64,000 bases of DNA from Macrostomum lignano (taxonomy: Eukaryota), in contig NIVC01000095.1 of the NCBI GenBank assembly GCA_002269645.1, forward strand, positions 124,001 to 188,000. Direction: 5' to 3'. Each line of letters opens with the position of its first letter. The first letter of the stretch is position 1. Below, in pieces: positions 61,636-64,000 of this stretch. Under the pieces are notes generated by a model. It ran no database searches, was not told the origin of the DNA, and saw nothing but the letters and a program-made list of their open reading frames with translations. The position numbers and the translations under genes were made by a program.

Positions 61636-64000
61636 CACTCGCATCTGGCCCGCAGCGCAGCCTTGAGCTGGATTCTTTATCTGGCCTTTGAGGTAAAAAT
61701 CTGCCGATCCCTGCTTCGCAGCTTCGAAAGCCAGTTCTTGGGACTTAGTTGTTATCATTTCTCATGCTTTAAGTACCTTATGCGAAACTTAAAGTTAAAA
61801 GATTCGTGGTGTAACTAATTTAGTAGGATTGCATTGTAATCAGTTATTCATTAATTTTTTGCTATTTTTACAAACCATCCCGAATCGCCTTGATTTGCCA
61901 TCCGGCATCCACTGTTAAACTGCTGCAGACTTGTCTATACAGAGGACAGTGGTTTTGAATCTCTCACTAAACTGTCATGGCTAAACGTAGCCTCTCCATG
62001 CGCGGAGATGCAGAGAAGGCTATTAAAAAGTTATTCCGAAACACTGTATAAAATAAACCATACCTTGCGGCATTATATAAAAATTAGAAAATTGGCAATT
62101 AACCATTAGAAGCTAAATAGAAGAAGTGTTATACTTTCTAGAATTCTTAGAAAGATAAGGATATTTGCTAATGCTATGTACATTGAGCCCTATCGCTTGA
62201 CCCTTTGTCTGGGCTGGGGGAATGAGTGAGTGAGCGGCACAAACAACAGAAAAAGCAGACAAACTTCACATGCTTACAGTTTCTGTTCTGATTGAGTTAC
62301 AGAGTTGAAACTTTACATTTAGATAGATAATGAGTCAATGAAGAATTGTGTCAAGTTTGAAGTCAATTGCTTTACGTGGAGCAAACTTATGGTAGCCAAA
62401 AGTTAGTCATTTTAAAACCTATTTACCCTTTGCCCAGATCGGGAAAGAGAGGCAGGCGGGCAGAGGTTAGGCTGGCTGCCTTGCCAAAAAAACAGCCTAA
62501 CTTTAAAAGTGCACAACGCCGTTCAGGATTAACTTTAAGACTTGAAATTTTACACGATTGTGTCAAAATAGTTGGAGATTGATTGTGTTAAATTTGAAGA
62601 CGATAGGTAAAAGTGGAGCGGCGCTATGGAGGATTTAGTGAAAAAATCGCGCATTTTAAGCAGTTTTTTGCACTTTTAGGTGTGAAGACTCAAATTTAGG
62701 AAATTTTAAGGTAGCCTAGACACTTTCTGTAGTGAATTTAGGGTGGGTGCAAAATTTGGTGTAGTTTGACTGAGCGGTTTGGGAGTCCAAAGCAATCAAA
62801 ATTGTTCACACACAGACAGACAGTTTTGATTTTTATATGTAGAGATATAGGCTACATAGGAATAGGGGTTCAAGTGAGAAAAAATATTTTTGAATTCCAA
62901 AATTTTAACCATGCCATGTTGTAGCCCTGTATGTTATGAGTGAAATGACACCAAACTTTTGGAAAATTGATCAAGTAATAAAAAAGTTATAAAGTTTTTT
63001 TTAGTACCCGGCCCGGAAGGAACCCAGAGAAACAGAGGAACACCGAGGTTGGCGAGAACACGGAGGCGAAGCAACAGCCTCCAACAAGACTCGAATGCTT
63101 GTATATTTGGTGACGAACACGGCATTTTATTTTTAAAAGAAGAAGAATAAAAAAAAATTTAGCGAGAGCGAGAACGCAGGAGCTCCTGAGAAAACGGGGC
63201 ATTAAAAACCCTCAGCAGGCGGAGGGGGGAGGGCCGCTGCACAAAGGAGGGTAGAGACACACAACGCACAACCCCCCCCCCACGCCAACCCCGCGCACGC
63301 ACAAAGGCCCAAACCAACCCCCCGGGGGTACTAAAGCTGGTCTGCTCAAAGGCACGCCTCAGAGCAAACCAAGGCAGTTTCAAAAAATGGTGTTTGTTCC
63401 CTATCTCAAATACACTAAAAACTGTGCCATTTTTGGGCAAAAAGCAAGTTTTTTGTAGTAAAATGTCTATAACTTTTTTTATTTCATAATAGATTTTAGT
63501 GTTTAAAATGTTATTTTATAGATTTTTAGATTCAGATATCTCTAGATATCTGGGGATTAGGACAAAAGAGATAAAGAAAAAAATTGCAGGAGTATTATTC
63601 TTTGGCTTTGTCATGGCATACTTTCCATTTACAATATCTTTATTACTTTCATATCAAAGTAGTACTTGTATACAATAATTAATAAGATTCTTGACTTCCT
63701 ACTATAAGAAGTATGCAAATGATTGACCATTATTTCCATGAAAATGTGTCTTCCAAAGTCCATTCTAGATGTCAAGGGTATCTTTAAATATATGTAGCTC
63801 ATGTCAATCTTAACCTATTAAAAAATATGATATGACAAGAGTTGCCAAAATTTTTTTGCAAACAACTCTTTAACTCTTGATGAAAATGTCATCCAAGAAT
63901 TGTTATACTGATGCTTAACTGATGATTTTTATTATGGCCAGAAGTCTATGAGATAGGGGCCTATATTATAAAAAAATAATTAAAAGCAAAATACCCTGTC

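Noticed and set aside
61660-61730. Resemblance of LAFEAAKQGSADFYLK to a response-regulator receiver motif
   Set aside because: Too short, and the rest of the domain is absent.
62900-63440. GC-rich stretch as a gene or transposon end
   Set aside because: Short ORFs with no motif, and no partner TIR or TSD within the window.

Overview
Animal (eukaryotic) genomic DNA. The GC-rich, poly-Q/poly-A-rich exons, minisatellite-filled introns and splice acceptors just upstream of start codons resemble a free-living flatworm such as Macrostomum (inference only). Minus-strand genes: a 10-exon DNAJC10/ERdj5 orthologue (46661-59516), a 4-exon GLOD4 (40613-43583), a G-protein gamma subunit (20594-20806), a PAGR1/PA1-like gene (16194-17522), and a poly-Q/His ORF that may splice to exons at 12461-12589 and 1-569. 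One intronless plus-strand membrane-protein gene (4214-4852) lies inside that putative intron. Mobile DNA is abundant and well preserved. It includes an RTE-like LINE inserted in a 17-bp minisatellite, with a second, very homogeneous 17-bp array at its 5' end, and three tRNA-derived SINEs. TIR elements with exact TSDs are P/hAT-like, Sola1-like, hAT, PIF/Harbinger and two nested Mutator-like elements. Two near-identical 3.3-kb Helitron/Helentron-like elements both sit at CTAG(T) sites. About 20 distinct tandem arrays occur. No CRISPR array, rRNA or genuine tRNA gene is supported.
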